Shown piece after piece: positions 40,100-51,289 of a DNA stretch of 64,000 nt; the first letter of the stretch is position 1, and each line of letters starts with the position of its first letter. Location of the stretch: assembly GCF_011745625.1 (NCBI RefSeq), contig NW_027191457.1, forward strand, positions 434,001 through 498,000, read 5' to 3'. Origin of the DNA: Cladosporium halotolerans. Taxonomy: Eukaryota. The position numbers and the translations under genes were made by a program. The notes beneath the pieces are model-generated. The model was given only the letters and a program-made list of their open reading frames with translations. It did no database searches and was not told the DNA's origin.

Positions 40100-40768
40100 A
40101 TGACACGCAAATCCAACCGCGAGGCCGCCGTGGCCTTTTCCGCCGACGACCCAACCACGACCGTCACCAAGCCCGCCGAAGTCGTCGGCGCACCCTCAAC
40201 CTTTAACGACGGCCTTCCCTTGCCCAAAATGATCGTCTTCGATCTGGACTACACTCTCTGGCCCTTCTGGATCGATACGCACGTCACATCGCCGCTCAAA
40301 CCCACGCCCAACGGCCTCACGGTCAAGGATCGCTATGGCGACTCTTACGGCTTCTACAACGACACTGCGGGCATCCTCAGCTCCATCAAGCAGAGGGACA
40401 TCATCCTCGGCGCCGCGAGCCGGACTTGCGCGCCTGATCTTGCGAGGCAGGCTCTCAAGATGCTCAAGATTCCTGGCGCGGCGCCGGCTGCGGGTGGCAG
40501 GCATGCGTATGGGTTGTTCGATCATTTGGAGATCTATCCTGGTGATAAGAGGACGCATTTTGCGAAGCTGCAGAAGAAGAGTGGGATTGAGTATGAGGAG
40601 ATGCTTTTCTTTGACGACGAGAGTAGGAATAAGAACGTTGAGACGCTGGGTGTCGTCATGCAGCTCGTGAACAGCGGCATGTCGAAGAAAGAGATCGACC
40701 GTGGAATCGAGGCCTGGAGGAGGAAGAATGGACGGACTGAGAGGGAAGATTCAGCGAGCAGCGATTGA
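40100..40768 (+). CDS. MDP1: Magnesium-dependent phosphatase 1 (HAD subfamily IIIC)
   Basis: VFDLDYTLWPFW, AASRT, EIYPGDK..HF, MLFFDDESRN. Confidence 0.93.
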   Translation: MTRKSNREAAVAFSADDPTTTVTKPAEVVGAPSTFNDGLPLPKMIVFDLDYTLWPFWIDTHVTSPLKPTPNGLTVKDRYGDSYGFYNDTAGILSSIKQRDIILGAASRTCAPDLARQALKMLKIPGAAPAAGGRHAYGLFDHLEIYPGDKRTHFAKLQKKSGIEYEEMLFFDDESRNKNVETLGVVMQLVNSGMSKKEIDRGIEAWRRKNGRTEREDSASSD

Positions 40769-41092
40769 TTGTATCGATCCATTGATCCGCGTGATTGCTG
40801 ATGCGCTTCTGTGCCGTCTTGACTCCTCATGCAAAGGGCTCCATTGAGGTGACTTGAATTGAAGTGAATCACGGGCAAACAATCTCACATGCAAACCGTT
40901 CAGTCAGCGGTGGATGAAAAGCTGCGCCAGCGCCACTTCATCAAGAGAAAGGGCGAGCCTGCCGACTTCTCAGCGACCACACATCCACCTTCCCTCCCTA
41001 ACAACAACAACAACAACGCCGCCAACAACCTTCACATCGGTATCAAACACCGCTGTCGCAAACAAAAAAATCTTCAATTCCTCTCCGAAACA

Positions 41093-41764
41093 ATGTTCCG
41101 CCGAAACCATCCTCCGCCAAACAACACCCACCAGGAGAATCCTCCTCGAGATCTACCCATCACCAACCACCAACCACAACACCCTCCGCCAATCGACACC
41201 CAACCAGAGAACGACGAAGTCCAAACACCAATTCCACCCCACGAAGACCGCCCACCAACACCCTCCTCCCCCTCCCTCCCATCCCGCCACCCTCGCTCCC
41301 CCACCTCGCAAACCCTCCACACCGCCGCAACAACGTGGCTCGCCGACCCCGCCCGCACCGCGCACACCTGCCCAACCGCCGCCGTCACCTCCCTCATCCT
41401 CGCCAACACCTCGACCGGCAGCACCCTCCTCTCCAAATTCGCCCCCGCCAAACTCACCCTCCAGCACAGCGACATGCGCGCCCGCGACCGCCTTCTCATG
41501 GTCGGCGACCTGCGCGCCGAAGTCCTCGGGCGCGAAGAGCGCGCGCAGACGTGGAGGGCTGTGGGCCGGATGGCGGAAGCGCAGGGGTGGGAGGGGCTGA
41601 GGGAAGCGTGCGAGGGGGCGCTGGGGCTGGTGGGGGAGTTGAGGGAGTGCTTGGGGTGGTGCGAGAGGGAGTTCGTGGGGAAGGGCGCGGATGGGGGGGA
41701 GTTTGTGCCGAGGAGGGTGGGGGAGGCTGAGGAAGAAGGATTCTTTGGAGAGATTGGGGGTTAG
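41093..41764 (+). CDS. Hypothetical protein, 223 aa, with a Pro-rich disordered N-terminus
   Basis: Open frame with ATG in ACAATG context. The C-terminal half is protein-like (AATTWLADP...LMVGDLRAEVL...LREACEGALGLVGELRECLGW). No family recognised. Confidence 0.45.
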   Translation: MFRRNHPPPNNTHQENPPRDLPITNHQPQHPPPIDTQPENDEVQTPIPPHEDRPPTPSSPSLPSRHPRSPTSQTLHTAATTWLADPARTAHTCPTAAVTSLILANTSTGSTLLSKFAPAKLTLQHSDMRARDRLLMVGDLRAEVLGREERAQTWRAVGRMAEAQGWEGLREACEGALGLVGELRECLGWCEREFVGKGADGGEFVPRRVGEAEEEGFFGEIGG

Positions 41765-42032
41765 GGAGGGGTCGGGTTGGATGCGCGAGGGATGCGAGAG
41801 AGCGCGGTTTGGATCCGCGGGGGATGTGAGGTTGGATCGGGAAGGATCGGTGGACACCCAGCGTGTCAGTGAGAGGTATCTTGGGCATGGCAAAGGATGG
41901 CGATGGAGTTTGGAAGGACGGCTCTCGTGACATCGTGATTAATTACAGAACTATTGCTCCTTAGGAAGCATTAAACATCATGATCTATCCGTCAACTTTT
42001 CAACGTGTCTCTCAACAAGGCTGATCACTTCA

Positions 42033-43785
42033 TCAGCTCTGACGATAGCAGTACTTATCGAAGCAAGCCGCACAGCCCTCAGGCAAACCCTCCTCGCGAC
42101 TCTTGATCGCACAAGCCAAGCACAGGCCCCAACCCTCCTCGCCGTCCTGCGTACCAACCTGCACGCCGTTGGCAATCATAGCCCTCGTCTCGTCCTTAGA
42201 GTACACGACCTTGCCCGTCGACTGGCCCGACGCAAAACTGTACTCCCTGTTCGGCAGGTAGACAATGAACGTCGTGTCCGGCTCATCGCAGCCGAAGAAC
42301 GTCGCGCGCTGGTTCAGGCCCTGCGAGACGAACGTGTTCACGTCGGGCACGAACGGCATCTTGGCCAAGCCGTTCAGCTGCGCCTGCAAGTATGTCTGGT
42401 GCGGCGCCGTGCCGTTGGGGTAGTTGTCCTCGGTGTCGGCGGAGTTGTCGTTGACGATCAGGACGTCGACGTCGCGGGCTTCGACGATGAAGGGCCAGAT
42501 GGGGACGTTCTGGTTGCTGAAGCCGCCGTCGAGGAGGAGGAGTTCTTCGTCTTGCGAGACGCGGCTGGACCGCGAGAGGTTGAAGAAGGGGTTGCGGTAG
42601 AGGGCGAAGAGGTCTTCGAAGACGGGCTCGTGGGCGAGGCTGATGATGCCTTCGAGGACGTTGGCGAGGGGGTCGTCGGTGCTGTTGGCGGGCGAGAGGG
42701 GTTCGCAGATGGCTGGGAAGATGTTGGAGGAGGTGCCGAGGACGTAGCCGAGATTGTCGTACTCGGCGACACACTGGCTGGCGTCTTCGGGCTGGCCATT
42801 GTTGAGGTTGGAGCCGAGGAATTCGACGTTGGCGAAGGCGGAGAGGCCGTCGTCCCAGGAGCCGAACTCGTAGGGGTGGAATTCGTACTGGGTGGCGTCG
42901 TCGGGAGGGGTGCATTGGTTCTCCCTGGCCACGACGCCGAGTGCGGTGATGATCGGGAAGGGGACGTTGTGGTCGGTGAAGTTGCTGAGTGATGAAAGGG
43001 TGGACATTTGCGTGTCTACGCCGCCGAATGCGCCCTCGAGGAGTTGGTAGGAGAGAAGACGGCCCCACGGGTCGATGATGGTCGTGTCGAAGCCGGCACC
43101 TTCCTTGGAGAGAATCTCTGTGGTGATTGCACCATACTGGGTAAGACCGGAGAAGGAGAGAAGGTTCGCCGGAAGCAAAAGAGAGACTTCGAAAGCATCC
43201 TCCCAAAGGTTCTCTTGCAGATAGCTGATAGTAGGCCAGTCATTGCCAGACTGGGAAGAGAGGAGCCATGCGCCGCCTACATATGTCAGCTACGCCCATA
43301 TTCGGTCGAATGATGTGAAAATGGCACTTACCGGAAAGCCCGGATTGGTAAGTCAGTGCTTGATAGAGGCCGCTGACCTGATTGCTACCCTCGCGAGCGT
43401 CGAATGCCTTGATGACACCAGCACCGGCGAGAAGTGCACGGTAGCCTCCACCACTGGATGCCAAAGCAACGGTAGGTTGACTCGAGTTGCCGAACGAGCC
43501 TTGCCTCTCTAGCCACTGCGCAAGCGCGGCATCCGCCTTTTCTTTTCGGGAGGCGATGTACTCGGCTTCCGGGGTGCCCAATCCCGTTGCATCTCTCACG
43601 AGAGCAGTGTCAGGGCATGGCACCTCCACCGGCTGGTACCGGGTCAGACCGCTTTGCCTCTTCGCAAGCTCAAGGACACCCTCAGCGTACAAAGGAGGCA
43701 CAGGCACTGCACCTGGGGCGGGGGCAGCGAGTGCACCGCTGGAGAGGACGGAAAGAGCGGCGAGTGGGAACGAACGTGAATGCAT
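42033..43785 (-). CDS. Lysophospholipase / phospholipase B, secreted; exons 43785-43332 and 43276-42033
   Basis: Signal peptide MHSRSFPLAALSVL; SGGGYRA; spliced GLSGGAW nucleophile motif; DPWGR; YEFHPYEFGSWD; LGTSS; LLDGG; CLACA...CFDKYC. No GPI tail. Confidence 0.93.
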
Positions 43786-45315
43786 CTTGATTGATTGATT
43801 GATGCAAGCGAGAGAAGATGGGGAAGGGATCTGTACGATCGTAGTGCAGGAACGACCTACCTCACAAATACAAGACACCCAGCATCAGAGTGGTGGGCCA
43901 GCCTCCTAGAAATAGGCGCCGTTGAAATGGGCGGAACGGCTGGCACAGTCCCTGAGGGTATAGACTTACTTAGCTGTGCACCAGGCTTCGTACCATCATT
44001 GCGCAGCACTAGCAGAATGCCATGGCCCGATCGTGAATTGCTTTGGAGCCAGTATTTCTAATGTAAGGCGGGAGCAGGGGTGGGCGGAGGGTGCTGTCCA
44101 CTCGATCCAGCACGGCCGCAGCACCGGGTGTAGGGTTTGCCGTGGACGACTGCGCATGCTTTGCAGATCCCTCTATTTGGGAGTGCCGCGGCCGAGAGCA
44201 AGGCGGTGCAATCCATTCAATGCTGGATAAGTTACGCGTTCGACATCCGTGAGGGATTCAATTTCACGACGCGAGGCCCCTGTGTGGCAGCACGATGGGT
44301 GGAGGGTTTGGCAGATAGAAAAGCCGTTAAATGTCTCAGCGGATGGAGTGTGCTCGTGGTTGGATGCTGCGACAAGGTCTCAAGCGAGCTGGGATCGTCG
44401 TGCGTCAGTGGAGGTGGCTTGTGCAAGCAGCCTTGCTGGCCGCCATCTTCACCATCCCTGCAAGCCACGCCGATTCACTGACGTCGCGGGGCTCGCCAAA
44501 CACAGAAGGAGCGCCGGAAGTCCCGTGATGCCGGTATGCAAACAGGCTCCTCCCAGCCGGTACCGACGGCTTCGGCCGCTGCTTGGTCTAGCCATCGATA
44601 TACGCTGGTGTCAAACGGGAGGTGCTTCGCTGCCGTACCTTACGTTCTGCCGTGTTGCAGGTACCGCTGGCTTTCTGCTGCCGTGCAGGCTCGTGTCTCA
44701 GCGCCTCGTGGATGGCCTTGACGGGCCTGTGGGCTCAGTCAGATCGCAACTACACTGCCCGCCTTCGTGCGGTAGGCCCCCGGTAAATGCGGTGTTCGTT
44801 CGAGTAATTGCCAGAGGGGAGCGAGCCCCTACATCGAATATCTCACCGGAGGTAATGCTCTTTTCGCTCGCGGAGACTGACAGCAGAATCTGAAGGAGAG
44901 AGGAGGCCGAAAGTCGCCTATAGAGTCCAGACGATGTCTCTTGCAAGCGCGAGGGCTGCGAGACACTTGCTAGCCCCGCCATCAGACAGCACGCCACACT
45001 CGTAGTAGTTTGGCGGTGAGGCTTACATGTACATCGCGCGCAAGTCGTCAGCCAAACGCGGATGGTCTACCGTGTCACGTCGCAACGCCCTCCCAAAGTT
45101 GCAGAACTGCACGCGCGGGCTGTCGTCATCCATACAGACGCAGGACAGCTGCACCGGTGCCTCACACGGCTGTACAACAGCCCAGCGGCGTCGAAGCTCC
45201 GCTGCACGCCTGCGCCACCCGCGCCAAACAGTCACGCATACTGACCCCGCCGCTCGTCCAGACACCTTTGACAGGAACATAGCGGCCGAGAAGCCGGGCT
45301 GCCGCGCAAGCCATC

Positions 45316-47882
45316 ATGGCAGAGGACACGAGCAGCAGCGGCAGCCTTGTGCTGGAGAAGGAATTGACATGCTCGGTACGTTGGCCTGGCCTGGTGCTCC
45401 CGCCTGGAGCTGGTGATCTGCGCTAACACGCTGCTAGATATGTACAGACATCATGTACCAGCCCTTGACGCTGCTCGACTGCCTGCACACCTTCTGCGGC
45501 TCTTGCTTGAAGGAATGGTTTTCATGGCAGGCCACCTCCGCCGTCCAAGCACGCCGAACCACGCATCCGTACACCTGCCCGTCATGCCGCGCCGAAGTAC
45601 GAGGCACGCGACCCAACGCTACCGTCACCACGCTTCTGGACATGTACCTGACCTCTCACCCGGGCCGGAGCAAGAGCGAGGCGGAAAAAGAGGAAATGCG
45701 CAACCACTACAAACCTGGAGAGGACGTCATCCCACCTGTGGTGATCACCCAGGATTCGGAGGACAGCGAGGATGAGAGGCTTATGGACGAGGTTAGGATG
45801 ATGAGCATGGCAGATATCGATCCAGCGGTTGCGGCGAATCGGAGAGCACAGCGGACGGCCAGGAGAGATGATCGGAGGAGGAACCAACATGGCTCGCACA
45901 ACCATCATCGTGAAAGTTCGCACAGAAGAGAGCACTCAAGTCGGCAAACAAGCCAGCAGCCGAGGAGCGCGGATGTGAGGCCGAGAGGACAGGAGACAGA
46001 CGACCGGCCCATCGAGCACCAGCCTTCTTTGCGTAGCCTGTTGAGTGCATCCGAGACGGATTCTTTGGAAGTTCAAGAGGAGATCATGCAATCGATTCTT
46101 TCGTCTGGCATTCTGGAGGGGATTGACATCGACCACTTGACCACGGAGCAGGAAGAGGAACTGACGGAACGGATTGCGGAGGCTTACCGAAGGAGACGAC
46201 ACCGCCAGAGGGAACGCTCGAGAAATCACGAGAGGCGAGCTCGCACAGACTCAGAGCCACGGCCAGCTAGCTCTGGGAATGCCGAACGTCGACCACGGAC
46301 ACGAGTAGACAGTAACCTTGCACCTACTTCGCAAAGCAGAAATCATCCGCCCATCTCGAGGCCGCACCTCCTTAACCAGTCCACCCTTGATGCGCCCCGG
46401 AGCCACCGCAGATCAACGAGCGCAACCAGCCAAAGAAGCCATCGATCTTCAAGTCGCACTGACAGCACACATCGGGTCATCACACCGGCAGCACGCTCAG
46501 CAACAGACCTATCTTCAGCACCTCATTCTGAGGATCCGCAGCGAGAGCGCCGACGGCGTCCCTCGAGCTCACATCGAAGCGTCACAGACCCGGAAGGCGC
46601 TAGGGGCGCCATACATGCGCAGCGAACTCGCACGGCTTCGGGTACGCAACCACCGGCCGAAGGAATCGCCCGAACAGTGCATCCGCTTGAAGTCGTCAGA
46701 CGTCAAGGCAACACCAACAACCACAGCACGCCCACTTTAGCGACGTCGCCTCTTGTACCTGATACTTCCGATCCTGTTGAGAGGCCTTTCTCTGCGGCAA
46801 ATTTCGCCCCTGAGCCTGTAAACCAGGATAGCATCCAGGCCGTTGCCGCTGCCCACCGCAATGCCAACATCCCGGAGGTTTCCTGCAATCGATGCGCCAA
46901 AGAGAATATCCAGCACGACTTACATTATCATTGCTACAAATGCAATGATGGCGATTACGATCTGTGTCTCGACTGCTATAGAGCCGGCCGAGGCTGCAAC
47001 CACTGGTTTGGCTTTGGCTACGCAGCATGGCCTCGATACCAACGCGCCGAACCACCGGAAGGCTACCCTGTAGGCCACGAGCCCCCGCACACCCTCCTCG
47101 CACGCAAATACCCACGACCCGGCTCATCCGACCAGCCCCTCGACCGCCCCCAAGAAGGCGCCTTCTGCGACCTCTGCCACTCCTTCGCCAACGCCACCTA
47201 CTGGCACTGCTACATCTGCCTCGAAGGCGCCTGGGGCTGCTGCGCCCCCTGCCTCAACCGCGGCCACCACTGCACGCACCCGCTCCTCCCCGTCGCGCAC
47301 ACCAGCACCCTCACCAACACCCCGAACCTCATAATCCCCATCCCCCACCTGCCCGAAAACCAATACGTCCCGCTCCCCATCCGCCAAGACTGCGACGTCT
47401 GCCACTACCCCATCCCCCCCGCCGCGCCCCGCTTCCACTGCCACGCCTGCAACGCGGGAGACTACGATGTCTGCGCCGACTGCTACGCCGGCCTCGCAGG
47501 CTCTGGCAAAATCGCCCCCGCCAACGGCCCAGCCGGCTGGCGCCGCTGCCCGCAGGGCCACCGCATGGCCGTCGTGAGCTTCCAGGAGACGCCCGAGGGC
47601 GCGCTGCAGCGGCGCGTCAAGCGCGAGATGGTGGGCGGCTGGGCGCTGAAGGAGGACGAGGCATCGGTGTCGGCTGGGGCGCAGGGCGCTCTGCCGCCGG
47701 ACGGGGGCGTGGGGCTGAGGTGTCTTGCGCTTTGGGGCCGGTTCGAGGCGGCGGAGGACGAGCTGAGCTTCCCGAAGAATGCGGAGGTCAGGGAGGCGGA
47801 GCGCATGAATGAGGATTGGTTTTGGGGGGTTTATGCGGGGATGAAGGGGCTGTTTCCGGGGAATCATGTTAGGTTGCTTTGA
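45316..47882 (+). CDS. RING-finger / ZZ-type zinc finger / SH3 protein (putative E3 ligase); exons 45316-45375 and 45438-47882
   Basis: Splicing gives LEKELTCS|ICTDIMYQPLTLLDCLHTFCGSCLKEW...CPSCR (C3HC4). Three ZZ-like units (for example CNRC...HCYKCNDGDYDLCLDCY). C-terminal SH3 (EDELSFPKNAEV...DWFWG...GLFPGNHV). Confidence 0.88.
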
Positions 47883-48260
47883 GAGGGGTTGGGACGGGAG
47901 AAGGCTGGTGGATGGCGATTGGATGAGGGTGCTTGTATGGAAGTCGTGGGTCGATTGATGGGTTGATTGGAAAATGATGGTGGCTCGATTGATGAGGATG
48001 ATTTGACGATTATAGTGATACCCTGACGAAGTCTCTGACCAAGTGAAAGAACAATAGAAGAGAAATTGAAAAGGAACTCAAACAATGGCTCAAAAAGTGA
48101 GGAAGAGATGAAAATAAAGCTGAAAGTCTCGGGAAGAACTGAAGAAGAACTGAAGAATAATTGAAGTCACTGAAGAAAACTCGTAGACGAGCGGGAAAAG
48201 AAGAGAAGGAGAATGAAAAGAGAATCGTCCCTGCAAAATCCTCTCGCAACACCCTGGCGC

Positions 48261-49505
48261 TCAATAATGCCTCTCGATCGATTCCGGCGCCGGATCGAAA
48301 AAAAGATGCTGCTCTTGCGCTAGACGTCCCTGCCACTGCGGTAGTACCCTCTCACAATCTGCCTCGAAAGGGAAGCCAACCGCACCCTTGAACTCCTGGA
48401 ACACAGACATCATAGTAATACTGAGGGGCACGCCGAAGCGGAACCGCCCCAGGACGTTGACGGCCTGGAGGAACAACTCGCTGTCTTTCCTCACGGACGC
48501 CTCGAGGTGGGCTCTATTTTCGACCGTCTGCATCTTCTTCGAAAGTGCGCCCACGATCTTTCTTGTCGCGTACGTGCACTCTGATTTTCCGGAGGCGGAG
48601 ATGTCGCGCATGACCCGGTCCACGACGAGGTCGAGCGCGATTCGCCCGGCCTTGTCGGATGGCCGTTCGACGTGCTTGCGTGGGCCCTTGATGTCGCGTT
48701 CCAGGAGGAGGCTGACCAGTAGAAGGTTCTGGCTTGACATGACCGCCATGTGCAGCGGTAGTTCTCCCTGAGGGTTGCGGACGTCGAGCGAGGCACCATC
48801 GTTCAGCAAGAGCTGAACGTTGTCGAAACGGTCATTTTGTATGGCGATGTGGAGTGCCGAATAGCCTTGATCGTTCAATTCGTCGACGGAGTATCCGAGT
48901 TGCTTGCAGAAGCCGAGAGTGTCCCTCAGAACATCGTTCATTCGGCCCCGGGCGGCGATGTAGTGTAGGAACGTTTGGCCGTTCGCGTGGTAGTCTCCAA
49001 CTGGCATTGATATTTCCAGCCGGTCTTGAGGGGGTGCTTCGTGGACTTGGCGCAAGACCTTCTCGAAATGATCGTAAGGCGAGGTGGACCTGGCAAGGGA
49101 TCCAGGGCTTTCATGATCAGGCGGAGTTTCTGGCACACTGGATTCTGAGATTGTTGACGCAGGTCCTACATCAGATGCAGCATCATGGAGATCGGCAGTA
49201 TTGTCAGAAGAGACCGAGTACGTTTGTCGACATCGAACTGGTGGCCATCCTCGGTGATGGCTATCAGCGGAGGTGTCAACCAGTCGAAACTCCCACTCCG
49301 CGAGCTTAGCGCGGTACGATCTCACCCTGATCAATACATTAGCGGACCCTGGTGCTACTATGAGCGTTGCTCCAAATAGATTTACTAACGAAGCATCGAA
49401 ACCATGTTCTTTCTTCATGATGCTTCGCATCTTCGACACCGATTGCCGTTCGTCGACATAGTATTTGCGAATGTTGGCCCTGGCGCTTTTCCAGTCTTTA
49501 CCCAT
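48261..49505 (-). CDS. Clr5-domain plus ankyrin-repeat protein; probable 63-nt intron at 49389-49327
   Basis: MGKDWKSARANIRKYYVDERQSVSKMRSIMKKEHGFDAS|VRSYRAKLAEW resembles Clr5. Ankyrin motifs GQTFLHYIA, GYSALHIAIQ, GELPLHMAV, GRIALDL. Confidence 0.8.
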   Translation of the reverse strand: MGKDWKSARANIRKYYVDERQSVSKMRSIMKKEHGFDASLVNLFGATLIVAPGSANVLIRVRSYRAKLAEWEFRLVDTSADSHHRGWPPVRCRQTYSVSSDNTADLHDAASDVGPASTISESSVPETPPDHESPGSLARSTSPYDHFEKVLRQVHEAPPQDRLEISMPVGDYHANGQTFLHYIAARGRMNDVLRDTLGFCKQLGYSVDELNDQGYSALHIAIQNDRFDNVQLLLNDGASLDVRNPQGELPLHMAVMSSQNLLLVSLLLERDIKGPRKHVERPSDKAGRIALDLVVDRVMRDISASGKSECTYATRKIVGALSKKMQTVENRAHLEASVRKDSELFLQAVNVLGRFRFGVPLSITMMSVFQEFKGAVGFPFEADCERVLPQWQGRLAQEQHLFFDPAPESIERHY

Positions 49506-50909
49506 ATTGCCACATACAAATTGTCCAGTCTCTAAAGTTCCAAAAAGAAAAAAAGGTTGGCTAGTCCTCAATCACGTTCCCAGCTGCAAAGGAGTGTTTA
49601 ATGTTGAGTGAATGAGAGGAACTGATGTAAGCACAAGTGAAGGGCGTCTGAAAAGGACATCCTTCTTCGCAACCTACTCACGCCCGGATCCCGGTATGCC
49701 ACACGGCAGCAACCAGTTTATGCATGCGCTCATCGGATGTAAATAACGAGCCCAGCAGCAGAACGCCATGTGATCGGCGACCATGCTGCGGAGGCGTCTC
49801 CCCGACGCCGGCAGCCGTGGCAGCCTCGCTAGCGCTGACTGGGGCGGTCCAGGAATTTGGTTCCCAGTGCCGTCAAGCATGAGCGGTGAATTGTCGACAG
49901 GGATTCGGCTCACGGTGAACGAACGCCAGTGCCATCTGATGAGTCCGCGCTCGCGCTGAAGGCTGGACGCGCAGAACAAGGCAATTCATGTTGGACCAGT
50001 CGGATGGATCCCCCTCCTCCGCACCTCGCTAGCGGACGTTTTATTCGCACAGTGCAGAGTTTCCGTGCGTGGTCGGCAGGTTGGGGATTTTGAAACAGCC
50101 ACGCGGGGCGGGACGTCACTGCGCGAGATCAAAGAATGGTTCGAGTTTTTTGCGCGGTGCAAGTTTCCCGTGCTCCCAACATGGGAAACTTTCTCGCATC
50201 CAAGCGAGATCGATCGTGTACCTGGCGACGGATTGCCACGGACCAATGGGAACTGACCCATACGAAAGTGGCCAAGAAATGCCATCCACCGCCTGCTTCT
50301 TTCTACAAGGCAGAGGTGCAGGCGGATGTTGTCGCCCGACGCGCGCCATACTTGCGCTGTGAACAGACAAGGGCTGGATGTGCGAGGCAATGACACCTGC
50401 ACTGTGCAGAAAGGTTCTGCTCCCTTGCCGAGCGCACGAGTGCTGAAGGAGCGACGAGCGACGAGCGGCCTCTGGCCAGATCTCTCAGGATCGTAAAACC
50501 ACTTGCGAATTTTCACCCTTCATTTTCAGATGTGTCGTATACCCCAGTCTGAATGCCTGGCGCCCTGTGGAAATGGCAGTGCTATTCTTGTCCCCTCCCC
50601 TTGTCACGCGCAAAAAAGATGATGTTCTGCGGTCTCGTCGTTATAGGGGGACTTGCACTGTGCCTGCGATGCAACCGACCTGCGCGACGTGTTGAGTATA
50701 AATGGTTGTGTACTGCGAATCATGACACGAAGGACTCACATCGTACCTTGCCGCGACCGTACGCTTGACCTGACGATTTTGACAATCCAGCCAGGCTCCT
50801 CCACGCCTTGATATAATCGTTAAGAAGGGTCAGTGGATCGACTTGCCGTTGCTTTGAGTGAAGCGATTCCAAGACTGATCGTAGAGCCAGGATCGATAGC
50901 GTCCTCACG

Positions 50910-51206
50910 ATGTCGATTAAACAGCCAACGAACTCTACGAAGCCGTCGTCTCAATCCCACGGTACACCTGCACTACTTTCAGAAGCGAATGTCGCCGCCC
51001 ACAACGAGTCTTCTCCCACGAATGAGCCAAACAATCTTTCCGTGCAAAGATGGTTGGAATACACGGGAGATCGCTTGGTGTCCGGCCAGGCTCGTGGAAC
51101 CGCCTCTGGTGACCGGGTTCGGCTGAGGGCGAGAGATGCTATGGCTGCGGACATTGAGAGAATGTCTCTAAGCAGAGAGACCACTGGGGCAAAGAAAGAT
51201 GACTGA
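50910..51206 (+). CDS. Small hypothetical protein, 98 aa
   Basis: ATG in ACGATG context, TATA-like ATATAA at 50811, protein-like composition, and it fills the gap before a convergent gene. No family recognised. Confidence 0.35.
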   Translation: MSIKQPTNSTKPSSQSHGTPALLSEANVAAHNESSPTNEPNNLSVQRWLEYTGDRLVSGQARGTASGDRVRLRARDAMAADIERMSLSRETTGAKKDD

Positions 51207-51289
51207 GTCGAGCTGCTGATGATAGTCAACGATGATCAAGAGAGGGCATTTTTGAGTTCTGACTTGTGTACCGGCTTCTAGAAGTCTTC

